Shown here: positions 52,004-63,034 of the stretch, in pieces
Layout of the letters: each line of letters opens with the position of its first letter
How positions within the stretch are numbered: the first letter of the stretch is position 1
Notes under the pieces: model-generated
The model's database searches: none
Seen by the model: only the letters and a program-made list of their open reading frames with translations
What the model was told of the DNA's origin: nothing
NCBI GenBank assembly: GCA_046290465.1
Contig: JBKAGP010000001.1
Span: 1,696,001 to 1,760,000, forward strand
Length of the DNA stretch: 64,000 bases
Source of the DNA: Planctomycetota bacterium
GTDB lineage: Bacteria; Planctomycetota; UBA1135; UBA2386
Reading direction: 5' to 3'
Position numbers and translations under genes: made by a program

Positions 52004-53896
52004 CTACGGCGCGACCCGCTGCAGCCAGGCCTTGACGACCGGCTCGTTCTCGGCGGCGGCGAGGATCTCTTGCTTGCGTCCCTGCCACTGCGGCTGCAGC
52101 CCGCACGCCGGCAGGATCTTGGCGCCGAGCCGCGCGAACGGGCTGTTGGCTGGCGACTGGCGGAAGATCTCGGAGACCAGCCGCGCGTGCTCGAGCGGCA
52201 CCTTGCTGCCGAGATCGCGCAGCACGCACATCGCCGAGCCGAGCGCCCAGAAGCCCGGCTGCCAGCGGGTCTCGGCGAGCGCCGCTCCCTGCAGCCACTG
52301 GGCGACGAAGCGCACGCCGTAGAGGCGCTCCTTCGGCATGCCGCCGGTCGCGGTGATCACGACGGCCGAGTGCTGCGCCAGCGCGTCGGCGTAGCGGTGC
52401 CAGAACGGAGCGTCGCCGACGCCGGGCTTGTGGCCGGCGGCGCCGCCGATCACCGGCCACAGCTCGGCCATCAGCTTTAGCAGCAGGTCGCCGTGCTCGT
52501 GGTGCGCGCCCTCGGCGACCGCCGAGCCGACGCGCTGGCGCGTGCCGCAGTCGAACGCGTGCAGCTCGATGCGCCGACGGTCACCGTCGATCTTGAGCTG
52601 GCCCGTGACCAGGATCGTGTCGGCGCGTTCGTTCTCGGGCAGCTGGTCGCACAGCTGCTCCTCGGGCCACGGCCGGCCGAGCACCGCCCAACCGCCGTGC
52701 TGCGCCATCGCGAGCGCCGCGGTGCCGCGGTTCTGCGTGGTCAGCCAGACCTGCTCGGCGAACCACAGCGGCAGGCTGCGCGTCGCGCGGCCGACCTCTT
52801 CTTCCTGGTGCGGCTCGAGCTTCGGCTGCCCGTCCAGCGCCAGCGAGAACAGGATCACGTGCTTGTGGCCCTGGCCCTTGGGCGGCAGCACCCACTGCGG
52901 GTCGTCGAGGCCGGCGTACCAGACCGGCCGGTCGAGCCGCAGGATGTTGACCTGCGGGTTGGCCGGCGGCTGCGGCGGCGGCGGCAACGTCGCCAGGCGC
53001 ATGCGGTCGAACTCGGCCGTGAACGGCTGCAGCTCGTTGCCGATCATGTGGCCGTAGTTGACGTGCATCCGGTGCAGCAGCTCCTCGCCGGCGACGTGGT
53101 CCTGCTTCATCCGGTAGTGCTGCAGCAGCACCATGCCGGTCTGCGGGTGGTGCTTGCCGGGCTCGAACCGCGGCAGGATCAGCTCTTCCAGCAGCTCGGT
53201 CTTGCCGGCCTGCAGCAGGTCGCCCGCCGCCATCACCATGCCGTCGATCTGCGCGGCCTCGTTCTCGAGCACGCCGCGGTAGATCGTCGCCGCCCGGTCG
53301 TCCTCGTTGGCGGTCAGGTGCAGGCGCGCGCGCCACAGGTGCGGCCGCCAGGCCCCGTCGAGCGCCATCAGCTTCTCGACCTCTGCGGGGTAGCCCTCGT
53401 CGCCGACGCGACGATGGCGCACCTGCAGGTAGCCGTGCACGGCGTCGGGGTGGTTCGGGTCCTTCTCGAGCGCCTGCATCAGGAACTCCTCGCACTCGTC
53501 GAGGTTGCCCTGCTTCTCCTGCAGCATGCCGAGGCCGACCAGACCGGCCGGCGAACCCGGATGACGCTGCAGCAGCTCGTTGAGCGTGCCCTCGGCGAGG
53601 TCGAGGTCGCCGCAGTCGCGCTGCACCACGGCCAGCACCGTCAGCGCGCGCTCCAAGTTGTTCTTGTCGATCACCGTCAGCCGGTTGGCCGCGGCGATCA
53701 GGTCGTCGGCGAAGCCCTCGCGCAAGCCCTGCATGATCACGGCCGTCAGCCGCTCGGGGTCGTTCTCGTGCGCCTTGATCATGTCGGGAAGCACGCGCTT
53801 GCGGTACTCCTCGCGCTCGATCTGGACCGCACGTCCCTGCGGATCGACGGCCTGGATGTGGGTCGGCTTCTCGGGTTTGGGTTGCTCGTTCGACAT
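52004..53896 (-). CDS. Cytoplasmic TPR-containing protein (630 aa)
   Basis: ATG 53896; TPR-like LVGLGMLQEKQGNLDECEEFLMQALEKDPNHPDA; proline linker; unknown C-terminal domain. Confidence 0.7.
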   Translation of the reverse strand: MSNEQPKPEKPTHIQAVDPQGRAVQIEREEYRKRVLPDMIKAHENDPERLTAVIMQGLREGFADDLIAAANRLTVIDKNNLERALTVLAVVQRDCGDLDLAEGTLNELLQRHPGSPAGLVGLGMLQEKQGNLDECEEFLMQALEKDPNHPDAVHGYLQVRHRRVGDEGYPAEVEKLMALDGAWRPHLWRARLHLTANEDDRAATIYRGVLENEAAQIDGMVMAAGDLLQAGKTELLEELILPRFEPGKHHPQTGMVLLQHYRMKQDHVAGEELLHRMHVNYGHMIGNELQPFTAEFDRMRLATLPPPPQPPANPQVNILRLDRPVWYAGLDDPQWVLPPKGQGHKHVILFSLALDGQPKLEPHQEEEVGRATRSLPLWFAEQVWLTTQNRGTAALAMAQHGGWAVLGRPWPEEQLCDQLPENERADTILVTGQLKIDGDRRRIELHAFDCGTRQRVGSAVAEGAHHEHGDLLLKLMAELWPVIGGAAGHKPGVGDAPFWHRYADALAQHSAVVITATGGMPKERLYGVRFVAQWLQGAALAETRWQPGFWALGSAMCVLRDLGSKVPLEHARLVSEIFRQSPANSPFARLGAKILPACGLQPQWQGRKQEILAAAENEPVVKAWLQRVAP

Positions 53897-54077
53897 GATC
53901 TGGCTCTCGGAAATCGGCGGACGACGGTAGCCGTGGCGCACGCCAGAACCAACGTCGGGAACCGTGCCACACCGGATTGTTCGCCTCTGCAACGCGCACC
54001 TTGCGTAGGAAGGCCGCCGGCCTGCCCTGCCGGCCAACGCTCGCGATCCGCGAACCCATACCCCCTAGAGAAACGTC

Positions 54078-54677
54078 ATGCGCTTCCCCCTGATCTCCGC
54101 CGCCCTCGCGGCCCTCTGCTTCGCCCTCCCCACCACCGCCCAGAAGGTCCAGGTCTTCGGCGGCAACGGCCAACGCGCCGCCAGCACGATGATCCTGTTC
54201 GGTCAGGACATCATGGCCGGCCTGACCATCAACCACGGCCAGCCGGAGTGGAAGGACGAATACACCGGCATGATGGACAAGCTGAAGGGCAAGACCAACC
54301 GCCTCGGCAAGGACCTCTGGACCACGTTCATGACCAGCACGCCGGTCGAGATCGGCGGCGCCAAGGTCGCGCCGGGCTGCTACTGCGTCGGCCTGCACTG
54401 CGACAACGACGGCAAGATGGCGCTGGCGATGATCGATTCGACCAAGGCGATGAAGAAGGGCCTGATGCCGTTCGGCCCGCAGAACTGGAAGGCCGACGTG
54501 GTCGTGCCGATGACGCTCAACAAGAACGTCAGCGAAGAGGTCCAGCAGAAGATGCTGATGACCCTGAAGGCCAACAAGGAGAACCCGATGACCGGCTCGC
54601 TGACGTTGGCCTGGGGCCCGCACACGCTGACGGCGCCGGTGAAGGTGCACAAGGCGGAGAAGAAGGACCAGAAGTAG
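54078..54677 (+). CDS. Secreted DUF2911-like protein (199 aa)
   Basis: Signal peptide (TTA-Q); ITINHGQP-like segment, RLGKDLWTTF, VEIGGAKVAPGCY, LTLAWG. Confidence 0.6.
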   Translation: MRFPLISAALAALCFALPTTAQKVQVFGGNGQRAASTMILFGQDIMAGLTINHGQPEWKDEYTGMMDKLKGKTNRLGKDLWTTFMTSTPVEIGGAKVAPGCYCVGLHCDNDGKMALAMIDSTKAMKKGLMPFGPQNWKADVVVPMTLNKNVSEEVQQKMLMTLKANKENPMTGSLTLAWGPHTLTAPVKVHKAEKKDQK

Positions 54678-54728
54678 GCCGGGCGCATCGCCCGCTGCGG
54701 CGCTCCAACCCTCTGCTACCATGCGCGC

Positions 54729-55835
54729 ATGGATGCGAAGGAGACTGGAGCCGCCGCGCGGATCTGCTCAGCCCTTTTCTCGGTCTGCCTGCCGATCGCG
54801 GCGCAGCAGACGATTCAGGTAGGCGGCGCTTCTGGCGTCTCGTCGATCCCGGCCGCCATCGCGATGGCCCAGCCCGGCGATACGATCGTGGTCGGGCCCG
54901 GCATCTGGCCCGCGGACTTCACCGTCGACAAGGGGATCGCGATCCTCGGCGACGGAGCGCAGCTGACCCGAGGACCGTTCGGGCCGTTCGTCATCGACGT
55001 GGCCAACGTCCCCGCCGGCCAGACCTTCGTGCTGCGCGGCTTCGACACCGATGCGGCAGCGGCCAGCGACCTGTCGATCGATGCCAGCAACTGCGCCGGC
55101 CGGGTGCTGCTGCAGGAGCTGGGCATGAACGGCTTCAACGCGTGGCGCCTGAGCGCGATCGACGTCGCGCAACTGCAGGTCGCAGGTGTGGTGGCCCGCT
55201 CGTTCGTCGCAGCAAACTGCTCCACCGTCGTCGAACGACTGATCTACGACCCGGGCTTGACCGGATTGGTGATCCAGGGCGGACGCGCGGTGTTCGATTC
55301 GTGCTCGCTCAATGCCCCGTCTTCCGGGTTCGGCGGCCCAGCGCTGTGGATCCAGGACGCGCAAGTCGCGCTGACTCGGAGCACGGTGACATCGACAGGA
55401 CAGACCGCGGCGATCGGCATCGGTTCGGGCACGTTGTTGCTCGACCCGAGTTGCTCCGTTTCGGTGGCCTCGGGCCCGACCATCTCGGGCGGCGGTGTCG
55501 CAACGCCGTTCGAACTGACCACCCTGACGACGCGCGCCGATGCGCAGGAACTGACCATCGACCAGCATGGCCGTGCTGGTGACGGCTTCGTAACCGTCGC
55601 CGGTCTGCCTGGCGCCGAACTGCCGACACCGCTCGGCATCGCCTGGATCGATCCCGCGTCGCTGACGATCGCAGCGTTCGGCGCGTTCGGAGCCTCGCGT
55701 CGCCAGGTCGATACCGTGCCGCTCGCGGCCCTTCCGCTATTGCCTGCCGGGCTGACGCTGGTTCTGCAGACGGTGACCTTTGCGCCTGGTGGCGCCATCG
55801 GGCTGGGCTCGCCTTCGCTGGTCACGCTGCCATAG
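54729..55835 (+). CDS. Hypothetical secreted protein, beta-helix-like N-terminus (368 aa)
   Basis: SIPAAIAMAQPGDTIVVGPG opening typical of parallel beta-helix proteins; more A/T-ending codons than neighbours. Confidence 0.55.
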   Translation: MDAKETGAAARICSALFSVCLPIAAQQTIQVGGASGVSSIPAAIAMAQPGDTIVVGPGIWPADFTVDKGIAILGDGAQLTRGPFGPFVIDVANVPAGQTFVLRGFDTDAAAASDLSIDASNCAGRVLLQELGMNGFNAWRLSAIDVAQLQVAGVVARSFVAANCSTVVERLIYDPGLTGLVIQGGRAVFDSCSLNAPSSGFGGPALWIQDAQVALTRSTVTSTGQTAAIGIGSGTLLLDPSCSVSVASGPTISGGGVATPFELTTLTTRADAQELTIDQHGRAGDGFVTVAGLPGAELPTPLGIAWIDPASLTIAAFGAFGASRRQVDTVPLAALPLLPAGLTLVLQTVTFAPGGAIGLGSPSLVTLP

Positions 55836-56056
55836 CGGAGCAGCCACCGGCCCGGCGCGAGTCGACCAAGGGGCGTTCTGCACGGCCACGCCATACATAG
55901 GTCGGATTCGACGCGCCGGCCCCCGACATACGTATTCCTCGTGGTCGCTTCCAACCGAGGCCGCCGTATGTTCTGCGCCCGGCGCCCCCCGGCATCGGGC
56001 CGCGCGTCGCCCGACCAACAGTACGGCGCCACCCCTGCGCCGAAGGAGAAGGAAGG

Positions 56057-56581
56057 ATGGAACCATTCATCGGTCAGATCATCATGTTCGCCGGCAACTT
56101 CGCGCCGCGCGGCTGGGCCCTGTGCGACGGCCAGTTGCTCGCGGTCAGCACCCACTCGGCGCTGTTCTCGATCCTCGGCACGACCTACGGCGGCGATGGC
56201 CGCACGACCTTCGGACTGCCCGACCTGCGCGGCCGCGTGCCGATGCATGCCGGCCACGGGCCGGGGCTCAGCAACCGCAAGCTCGGTGAGAAGGGTGGCA
56301 CCGAGACCGTGACGCTGGGCACCAACGAGATCCCGACGCACCACCACCTGATGACCGTCACCGACCAGCCGGGCAGCGTCGGTCGGCCGAGCGACCAGTA
56401 CCTGGCGACCAACGATCAGCGCGGGCAGAACTACGGCACGCCCATCGACGGCGAGAACGCGCACCTCAACCAGGCCGCGATCCAGAACACCGGCGGCGGC
56501 CAGCCGCACGCGAACGTGCAGCCGTTCCAGACGGTCCACTACATCATCGCGCTGACCGGCCTGTTCCCGTCACGTTCGTAG
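56057..56581 (+). CDS. Phage tail-collar domain protein (microcystin-dependent-protein-like) (174 aa)
   Basis: AAGGA RBS; FAGNFAPRGWALCDGQLL, LFSILGTTYGGDG, FGLPDLRGR, YIIALTGLFPSR. Confidence 0.9.
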   Translation: MEPFIGQIIMFAGNFAPRGWALCDGQLLAVSTHSALFSILGTTYGGDGRTTFGLPDLRGRVPMHAGHGPGLSNRKLGEKGGTETVTLGTNEIPTHHHLMTVTDQPGSVGRPSDQYLATNDQRGQNYGTPIDGENAHLNQAAIQNTGGGQPHANVQPFQTVHYIIALTGLFPSRS

Positions 56582-56644
56582 CGGCTGCGGCGAACCGGCG
56601 ACACACGTTGCGGCGTGCCCCGGCGATGCGCGATGCTGCCCGGC

Positions 56645-57388
56645 ATGCTCGCCCGCCTGCTCGAGGTCCTCGTCCTGCCGCCCGCCTCGGTGTTCCTGCT
56701 GCTGGTCGCCGGCACCGCGCTGCTGCGCTGGAAGCGGCGGCTCGGCCGCACGCTGCAGGTGCTCGCGCTGGTCTGGCTGTGGCTGGCCGCGACGCCGTGC
56801 ATCGGCGGACTGCTGCTGTGCTCGCTGCAGAGCTACCCGGCGCTGCCGCCTGCACAGAGGTTGCCCGAGGCGCAGGCGATCGTCGTGCTGGCCGCCGGCG
56901 CCGACCGCGTTGGTGAGGAGTACGGCGGTGCGGTGATCGGGCCGATGACGATGCAGCGGCTGCGCTACGGCGCGCAGCTGCAGCGGCGCACGGGCCTGCC
57001 GATGCTGGTCAGCGGCGGCCGGCCGGCGACCGGCGCGCCGTCGCTGGCCGCGATGATGAAGCAGGCCGCCGAACGCGAACTCGGTGTCGAGGTTCGCTGG
57101 GTCGAGGAGCGCTCGGCCAACACGTTCGGCAACGCGCGCGAGAGCGCCCGCATCCTGACCGAGGCCGGCGTGCGGCGGGCACTGCTGGTGACCAGCGCGT
57201 GGCACATGCCGCGCTCGGTGGAGTCGTTTGCGGGGTTCGGCCTCGAGGTCGTGGCCGCGCCGACCGGCTTCCGCACCGAGCTGTTCGCGAGCTGGCGCAG
57301 CTTCGTCCCCCACTGGAACGGGCTGCGCGACACCTGCCTGGCGATGCACGAGTGGGGCGGGCGGATCGTCTACGCGATGACGCCGTGA
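56645..57388 (+). CDS. YdcF/ElyC (DUF218) family membrane protein (247 aa)
   Basis: Two N-terminal TM helices; LVSGG, EERSANTFGNA, LVTSAWHMPRS, HEWGG. Confidence 0.88.
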   Translation: MLARLLEVLVLPPASVFLLLVAGTALLRWKRRLGRTLQVLALVWLWLAATPCIGGLLLCSLQSYPALPPAQRLPEAQAIVVLAAGADRVGEEYGGAVIGPMTMQRLRYGAQLQRRTGLPMLVSGGRPATGAPSLAAMMKQAAERELGVEVRWVEERSANTFGNARESARILTEAGVRRALLVTSAWHMPRSVESFAGFGLEVVAAPTGFRTELFASWRSFVPHWNGLRDTCLAMHEWGGRIVYAMTP

Positions 57389-57418
57389 GTGGCCCCACCC
57401 GGGCCGTCGCCGACAGGG

Positions 57419-59335
57419 CTACTGCATCAGGATCGGGTCCGTGAACGGGCCGACGCCGCCGTTGTTGTCGACGGTCGCACCGATCGCGTAGACCGGCAGG
57501 CCGAGCAGCTGGCCGACGTTCGGGATCAGCGGGAAGTTGACCGAACCGTTGGCGCCGACGAGGTCGCGGTTGACCGACGGCAGCGACTGCGTCGCGATGA
57601 TCACCGAAGCCTCGGTCAGCGGGTCGTAGCCGATGTTGAGCGTCGTGCCGAGGGTGTCCAGCGGGATCGTGTTCGGCGCGCTCGACAGCGAGAAGAACAC
57701 GTAGCACTGCAGACCCTGCGAGCTGGCCGCGTCGTTCTGGTACATCACACCACCGTTGCTCGCGGTGTTGTCGATCAGGCGCGGGTACTTGATGCCCGAG
57801 ACCCACAGGTTGTTGACCGTGTTGCCGCCGCCGGTGCCGGCGAAGGTGCGGTCGTCCTGCCACAGGATGTTGCAGTCGCCGTTGGCCGTCAGGCACATGC
57901 GCGGGTTGTCGACGTCGACGCCGCTCGGGAACGTGCCGCAGCCGTCGAAGCTGGTGACGTCCAGGTGCTCGAAGGTCTGGCCGCCGTCCGAGCTCAGCGA
58001 CACGGTGATGCCCTCACCGCCGCCGCAGTTGTTCTCGTACATCGCCGCGATCATGTCGCCGGCCATGTAGATGTCGTAGATCGGGTTGGGGTCGAGCTGG
58101 CTCAGCGGGACCTCGACGTGGGTGCCGTTGACGAAGTCGAGGCCACCGTTGTTGCTGACCGCGACGACCGCCTGGTTGTTGGCGTTGTTGTTGCTGCCGT
58201 TGAGGCGGTCGTCGACGTAGAGCACGGCGACGCGCTGGTTCTGCGCGACGACCAGCATGTCGTCGATGTCGCCGCCGCTGCCGAGCGTCAGGGTGTTGAT
58301 CGCGACGCCGGTCGCGCCCCACGTCAGGCCGAGGTCCTGCGACCAGTCCATCCAGACGTCGTCCTGACCGTTGAGCGAGTGCTCCATGAACGTGTAGACG
58401 TTGGGCAGGTCGACGGCGGCGCGCGGGCGGCGCGGCGCGGCCCAGCTGAGCGTCGGCAGCACCGTGTGCTGGTACTCGGGGATCGTCGCCCAGTCGGTGC
58501 CGTTGTTGCGCGAGGTCATCGAGAAGTAGTCGTTGGAGACGCCGCTGCGGTCGTCGCACCAGATCACGTGCACGACCGGGCCGTCACAGTCGATCGCCGT
58601 GAAGTCGACGTCGAACTGCTGCGCCGTCCAGGCGACGTTGAGGCGCGTCGTCGGCACCGTGACGTTGAGCGCACCGCCCTGGACCTCGGCCTGCACGAAG
58701 TAGATGTCCTCGTTGCCGGCCGTCGGCGTGTCCGACTCGAACACGACGTTGAGGCTGGCGGCGGCGCCGTTGCGCGAGATCGCGCAGTTGACCTCGTCGG
58801 CGTCGCGCAGCGTGGTCAGGAACTCGGGCGACAGCAGCGTCGGCGCCGTCCAGGTCTGCCCCTGGTCGTCCGAGCCGATCGCGAACACCGCCTGCTCGCC
58901 GGCGACCAGCGTGTGGCCGTTGCTGGCCCAGACGATGAAGACGTCGTGCTCGCTGGCGACGATGCGGGTGTCGCCGGTCGAGAAGACCTCGTTGGTCTGG
59001 ACCGTGTAGAGCACCTGCGCCGACTCCCAGCTCCAGCCGCCGTCGATCGAGCGACGGAAGCGCACGCTCTCGACGCCCGACGCGTCGGTGTCGAGGTAGG
59101 TCATGTAGCAGACGTTGGCGGTCGGCACGGTGCCGGCCGGGCCGGCGGGCAGACGCTCCGACGGGCACGCGATGCGCCACGAGCCGTAGCCGTGCACGGC
59201 GTTGTTGACGAAGTTCTCGTTGACCTTCACTTCGTCGCGCGGGAGGCGCGACGAACGCGGGTAGAGTTGGGCGGTGGCCGTGGCGCCGAAGGAGGCGACG
59301 GCCAGCAGGATCATTGCGGACTTGGTTGCTTGCAT
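57419..59335 (-). CDS. Secreted BNR/Asp-box (sialidase-fold) beta-propeller protein (638 aa)
   Basis: Signal peptide ATA-Q; six Asp-box-like motifs [48 protein letters not shown]. Confidence 0.8.
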   Translation of the reverse strand: MQATKSAMILLAVASFGATATAQLYPRSSRLPRDEVKVNENFVNNAVHGYGSWRIACPSERLPAGPAGTVPTANVCYMTYLDTDASGVESVRFRRSIDGGWSWESAQVLYTVQTNEVFSTGDTRIVASEHDVFIVWASNGHTLVAGEQAVFAIGSDDQGQTWTAPTLLSPEFLTTLRDADEVNCAISRNGAAASLNVVFESDTPTAGNEDIYFVQAEVQGGALNVTVPTTRLNVAWTAQQFDVDFTAIDCDGPVVHVIWCDDRSGVSNDYFSMTSRNNGTDWATIPEYQHTVLPTLSWAAPRRPRAAVDLPNVYTFMEHSLNGQDDVWMDWSQDLGLTWGATGVAINTLTLGSGGDIDDMLVVAQNQRVAVLYVDDRLNGSNNNANNQAVVAVSNNGGLDFVNGTHVEVPLSQLDPNPIYDIYMAGDMIAAMYENNCGGGEGITVSLSSDGGQTFEHLDVTSFDGCGTFPSGVDVDNPRMCLTANGDCNILWQDDRTFAGTGGGNTVNNLWVSGIKYPRLIDNTASNGGVMYQNDAASSQGLQCYVFFSLSSAPNTIPLDTLGTTLNIGYDPLTEASVIIATQSLPSVNRDLVGANGSVNFPLIPNVGQLLGLPVYAIGATVDNNGGVGPFTDPILMQ

Positions 59336-59554
59336 TGCGTTTGGATCTCTGGGTCCAGGTGGAAGCGCACCTGTCTAGACCTCCCCCGCACACCCACCGT
59401 GAACGCCGTGTCAAGCAACCAAGTTGGCGGATCCTTCACGGCGTCCAAACAGGGTCGTGCGCACGACGACGTAGCCGACGGCGCCCGCGGCCCGAGCCCG
59501 GTTGGGAATCCCGGTCGAGAATCTGCACGAGCCCCTTGCCAGCGCCGCTCGCCG

Positions 59555-59593
59555 CATGCATATTCATGCGCTTCCTCCGCATAATTATGCCCT
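59555..59593 (+). promoter_or_regulatory. Tandem ARG boxes (ArgR operator)
   Basis: Cores TGCATATTCATGCG (59557-59570) and CGCATAATTATGCC (59578-59591) 21 nt apart (18+3 geometry); possible -35 TTGCCA 59536 / -10 CATATT 59559. Confidence 0.8.
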
Positions 59594-60072
59594 CGAACAC
59601 CCAGACCGACCGCCAGCAGCGCCGGGACAAGATCCTGCAGCTGGTCGCGCGCCACCGCATCACCAGCCAGGCCCAGCTCCAGGACCTGCTGCTCGAGGCG
59701 AACATCGAGGTCAACCAGGCGACGCTGTCGCGCGACCTGCGCGACCTGCTGATCGTCAAGACCCAGCACGGCTACCAGCTGCCCGGCGACGCCGCCGCAG
59801 CGCCGGCCGAGACCCTGCAGAGCAGCCTCTGGCACGCGGTGCGCACCTGGCTGCGCGCGGCCACCGCGGCGCAGAACCTGCTGGTCCTGCACACCCCGCC
59901 CGGCGGCGCCCAGGCGCTCGGCCTGGCGCTCGACAAGGCCGGCCTCGGTGAGGTCGTCGGCACGATCGCCGGCGACGACACGGTGCTGGTGATCTGCCCC
60001 AGCGACGCCAAGGCGCGGCGGCTGCAGAAGCAGCTGCTGCAGCAGGCGGACCTGCACCGGAGCGTGACATGA
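59587..60072 (+). CDS. argR: Arginine repressor (161 aa)
   Basis: [26 protein letters not shown]. Confidence 0.93.
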   Translation: MPSNTQTDRQQRRDKILQLVARHRITSQAQLQDLLLEANIEVNQATLSRDLRDLLIVKTQHGYQLPGDAAAAPAETLQSSLWHAVRTWLRAATAAQNLLVLHTPPGGAQALGLALDKAGLGEVVGTIAGDDTVLVICPSDAKARRLQKQLLQQADLHRSVT

Positions 60073-61031
60073 AGACCTGCGCGATCGTCGGAGCCACCGG
60101 CTACACCGGCCAGGAGCTGCTGCAGCTGCTGGCTCGCCACCCCCACCTCGACGCGACCGTGGCGATGACCGCGCGCGCCGGCGTGGTCCCCGACCAGCCC
60201 GGCATCGACGCGCTCGACCTCGACCGGCTCGCACACGTCGACGGGGTGTTCCTGTGCACGCCGCACGGCGCCGCCAGCGCGATCGCCACCGCTGCGCTCG
60301 AGGCCGGTCGCAAGGTCGTCGACCTGTCGGCCGACTTCCGGCTGCGCGATCCGGCGACGTTCGCGGCCACCTACGGCGACCAGCACCCGGCCCCGCAGCT
60401 GCTCGGCGAGGCCGTCTACGGACTGACCGAGCACGCGCGCGCCCGGGTCGCGCAGGCGCGGCTGGTCGCCAACCCGGGCTGCTACCCGACGTCGGTGCTG
60501 CTGCCGCTGCTGCCGCTCGCCGCGGCGGGCCTGCTCGACGCCGACGCGGTGGTGATCGCCGACAGCAAGAGCGGCGTCAGCGGTGCCGGCAAGAACCCGA
60601 GCGAGCGCACCCACTTCGGCAACGTGCACGAGAACTTCCTGGCCTACGGCATCGGCAGCCACCGCCACGCGCCCGAGATCGCCCAGGAGTTCGGCCGGTC
60701 GATCGTGTTCACGCCGCACCTGCTGCCGACGTTCCGCGGCATCCTCAGCACGATCTACGTGCAGCCGACGGCCGGCAGCTCCGTCGACGACGTGCGCGCG
60801 TGCCTGCACGAGCGCTACGCCGACGAGCCGTTCGTCCGGGTGCTGGCCGAAGGCACGCCCGAGCTGCGCGACGTGCAGCGCAGCAACCGCTGCCACGTCG
60901 CCGTGCACGCGAGCGGACCGCTGGTCGTGATCACCAGCGCGATCGACAACCTGGTCAAGGGCGCCGCCGGCCAGGCGCTGCAGAACATGAACCTGATGCT
61001 CGGACTCGACGAACCGGAGGGATTGCAATGA
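60069..61031 (+). CDS. argC: N-acetyl-gamma-glutamyl-phosphate reductase (320 aa)
   Basis: [41 protein letters not shown]. Confidence 0.95.
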   Translation: MKTCAIVGATGYTGQELLQLLARHPHLDATVAMTARAGVVPDQPGIDALDLDRLAHVDGVFLCTPHGAASAIATAALEAGRKVVDLSADFRLRDPATFAATYGDQHPAPQLLGEAVYGLTEHARARVAQARLVANPGCYPTSVLLPLLPLAAAGLLDADAVVIADSKSGVSGAGKNPSERTHFGNVHENFLAYGIGSHRHAPEIAQEFGRSIVFTPHLLPTFRGILSTIYVQPTAGSSVDDVRACLHERYADEPFVRVLAEGTPELRDVQRSNRCHVAVHASGPLVVITSAIDNLVKGAAGQALQNMNLMLGLDEPEGLQ

Positions 61032-61849
61032 GGATCCTCGTCAAGATCGGTGGCGCCCAGCTCGAGCGCCCCGAACCGCGCGCGCGGCTGTGCGCGGCGA
61101 TCGCGAGCGCGCGCAGCCACGGCGACGAGGTCGTCGTGGTGCACGGCGGCGGCAACCAGATCCGCGAACTGGGCGGCCGCCTGGGCCTGGCCGACCGCTA
61201 CCACGAAGGCCTGCGCATCACCGACGAGGCCACCGCCAGCGCCGCGCTGATGGTGCTCGGCGGCGCCGTCAACCGCACCCTGGTGCAGGCGCTGCAGACC
61301 GCCGGCGTCGGCTCGGTCGGCCTGACCGGCGCCGACGGCGCCACCTTCACAGCCGCCCCGCTGCGCCGCGACGGCGTCGACCTCGGCTACGTCGGCGAGG
61401 TCGACCAGGTCGATGGCCGGCTGGTCGAAACGCTGCTGAAGGCCTCGATGGTGCCGGTGATCGGCACGGTCGCGCCGCGCGCCGACGCGACCGCGGGCGA
61501 GCCGTTCTTCAACATCAACGCCGACCACGCCGCCGGCCCGCTGTGCCGCGCGCTGCGCTGCGATGCGCTGCTGTTCCTGACCGACGTCGCCGGCGTGCTC
61601 GACGGCAACGGCAAGCTGATGCCGCTGCTGACCGAGGCCGACTGCGACCGCCTGGTCGCGACCGGCGTCGCCACCGGTGGCATGCTGCCGAAGCTCGACG
61701 CGGCGCGCCGGGCCGCGCGCGAGAACCCGCGCGCGATCGTCAAGATCGCGCCGGCCGACGCCGACGACTGCGTGCGCAGCGCCCTGCGCGACGGCGCCGG
61801 CAGCCGGTTCTTCGCCAGCCAGAACGGCAAGGAGCTGCAGCATGGCTGA
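61028..61849 (+). CDS. argB: Acetylglutamate kinase (273 aa)
   Basis: VKIGG, VHGGG, GLRIT, NINAD, LTDV, GGMLPK. Confidence 0.93.
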   Translation: MRILVKIGGAQLERPEPRARLCAAIASARSHGDEVVVVHGGGNQIRELGGRLGLADRYHEGLRITDEATASAALMVLGGAVNRTLVQALQTAGVGSVGLTGADGATFTAAPLRRDGVDLGYVGEVDQVDGRLVETLLKASMVPVIGTVAPRADATAGEPFFNINADHAAGPLCRALRCDALLFLTDVAGVLDGNGKLMPLLTEADCDRLVATGVATGGMLPKLDAARRAARENPRAIVKIAPADADDCVRSALRDGAGSRFFASQNGKELQHG

Positions 61850-63026
61850 CAGCATCGAACCGCACGTCATGCCGACCTACGCGCGCGGCGACGAGGTGTT
61901 CGTCGACGGCCGCGGCGCGGTCGTGTGCGACGCCGACGGCAACCAGCACCTCGACTTCCTCAGCGGCATCGCGGTGACCGCGCTCGGCCACGCCCACCCG
62001 CGGCTGACGGCGGCGCTGCAGGATCAGGTCGCCAAGATCACCCACCTCAGCAACCTGTTCCGGCATCCGTACACCGAGGACGTCGCCGCGCGGCTGTGCG
62101 GCTACGCCGGCATGCACAAGGCGTTCTTCACCAACTCGGGCGCTGAGTCGATCGAGTGCGCGCTGAAGATCGCGCGCAAGGCGATGCACGTCGCCGGCAC
62201 GCCGGAGCGCACCTCGTTCGTCGCGCTCGAGGGCGCGTTCCACGGCCGCACGCTCGGCGCGCTGTCGCTGACGCACTCCGCCAGGTACCGCGAGCCGTTC
62301 GCGCCGCTGCTCGAGGTGGCCTGGGTGCCCCCGGACGACGTCGACGCGCTGGCGGCGACGCTGCGCGAGCGGCGACCCGCCGCACTGGTGCTCGAGCCGA
62401 TCCAGGGCGAGGGCGGCATCCGCGAGCTGTCGGGCGCGTTCCTGCAGGCGGCGCGCGCGCTTTGCAGCGAGACCGGCACGGTGCTGGTGCACGACGAGAT
62501 CCAGTCCGGCTGCGGCCGCACCGGCACGTTCCTGGCGGCACAGCACCACGACGTCACCCCGGACGTCGTCGCGCTGGCCAAGCCGATCGCGGCCGGCCTG
62601 CCGATGGGCGCGTGCCTCGCGAGCGCGGCGTTCGCCGACACGCTGCAGCCCGGCGAGCACGGCACCACATTCGGCGGCGGCCCGCTGGTCTGCCGCGCCG
62701 CGTCGGTGTTCCTCGACGAGCTCGACGACGGCCTGCTCGACGCGGTCCGGGACCGCGGCGCGCAGCTGCGGCACGGACTCGAACGGATCGCCGCCAGCGC
62801 CCCCGCCGTGCGCGAGGTGCGCGGCCGCGGCCTGATGCTCGGCGTGCAGCTCGACCGCCCCGCCAAGGACGCCCAGCAGCTGCTGCACGGCCGCGGCCTG
62901 CTGGTCAACGTCACCCAGACCGACGTGCTGCGGATCGTGCCGCCGTTCGTCGTCACCGAAGCCCAGATCGACGACGCGTTGCAGTGCCTGCAAGAGGTGC
63001 TGGTGTCGCTGCCCACCCAACCCTGA
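61842..63026 (+). CDS. argD: Acetylornithine aminotransferase (394 aa)
   Basis: NSGAES, FHGRT, EPIQGEGG, DEIQSG, LAKPIAAG, HGTTFGG. Confidence 0.92.
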   Translation: MADSIEPHVMPTYARGDEVFVDGRGAVVCDADGNQHLDFLSGIAVTALGHAHPRLTAALQDQVAKITHLSNLFRHPYTEDVAARLCGYAGMHKAFFTNSGAESIECALKIARKAMHVAGTPERTSFVALEGAFHGRTLGALSLTHSARYREPFAPLLEVAWVPPDDVDALAATLRERRPAALVLEPIQGEGGIRELSGAFLQAARALCSETGTVLVHDEIQSGCGRTGTFLAAQHHDVTPDVVALAKPIAAGLPMGACLASAAFADTLQPGEHGTTFGGGPLVCRAASVFLDELDDGLLDAVRDRGAQLRHGLERIAASAPAVREVRGRGLMLGVQLDRPAKDAQQLLHGRGLLVNVTQTDVLRIVPPFVVTEAQIDDALQCLQEVLVSLPTQP

Positions 63027-63034
63027 CCGAAGCC

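Noticed and set aside
56057..56581. Prophage or tailocin
   Set aside because: No integrase, capsid, terminase, sheath, tube or baseplate genes in the window.
57419..59335. True sialidase
   Set aside because: Asp-boxes indicate the fold only. I could not identify the FRIP motif/Arg triad with confidence, so the activity is left unassigned.
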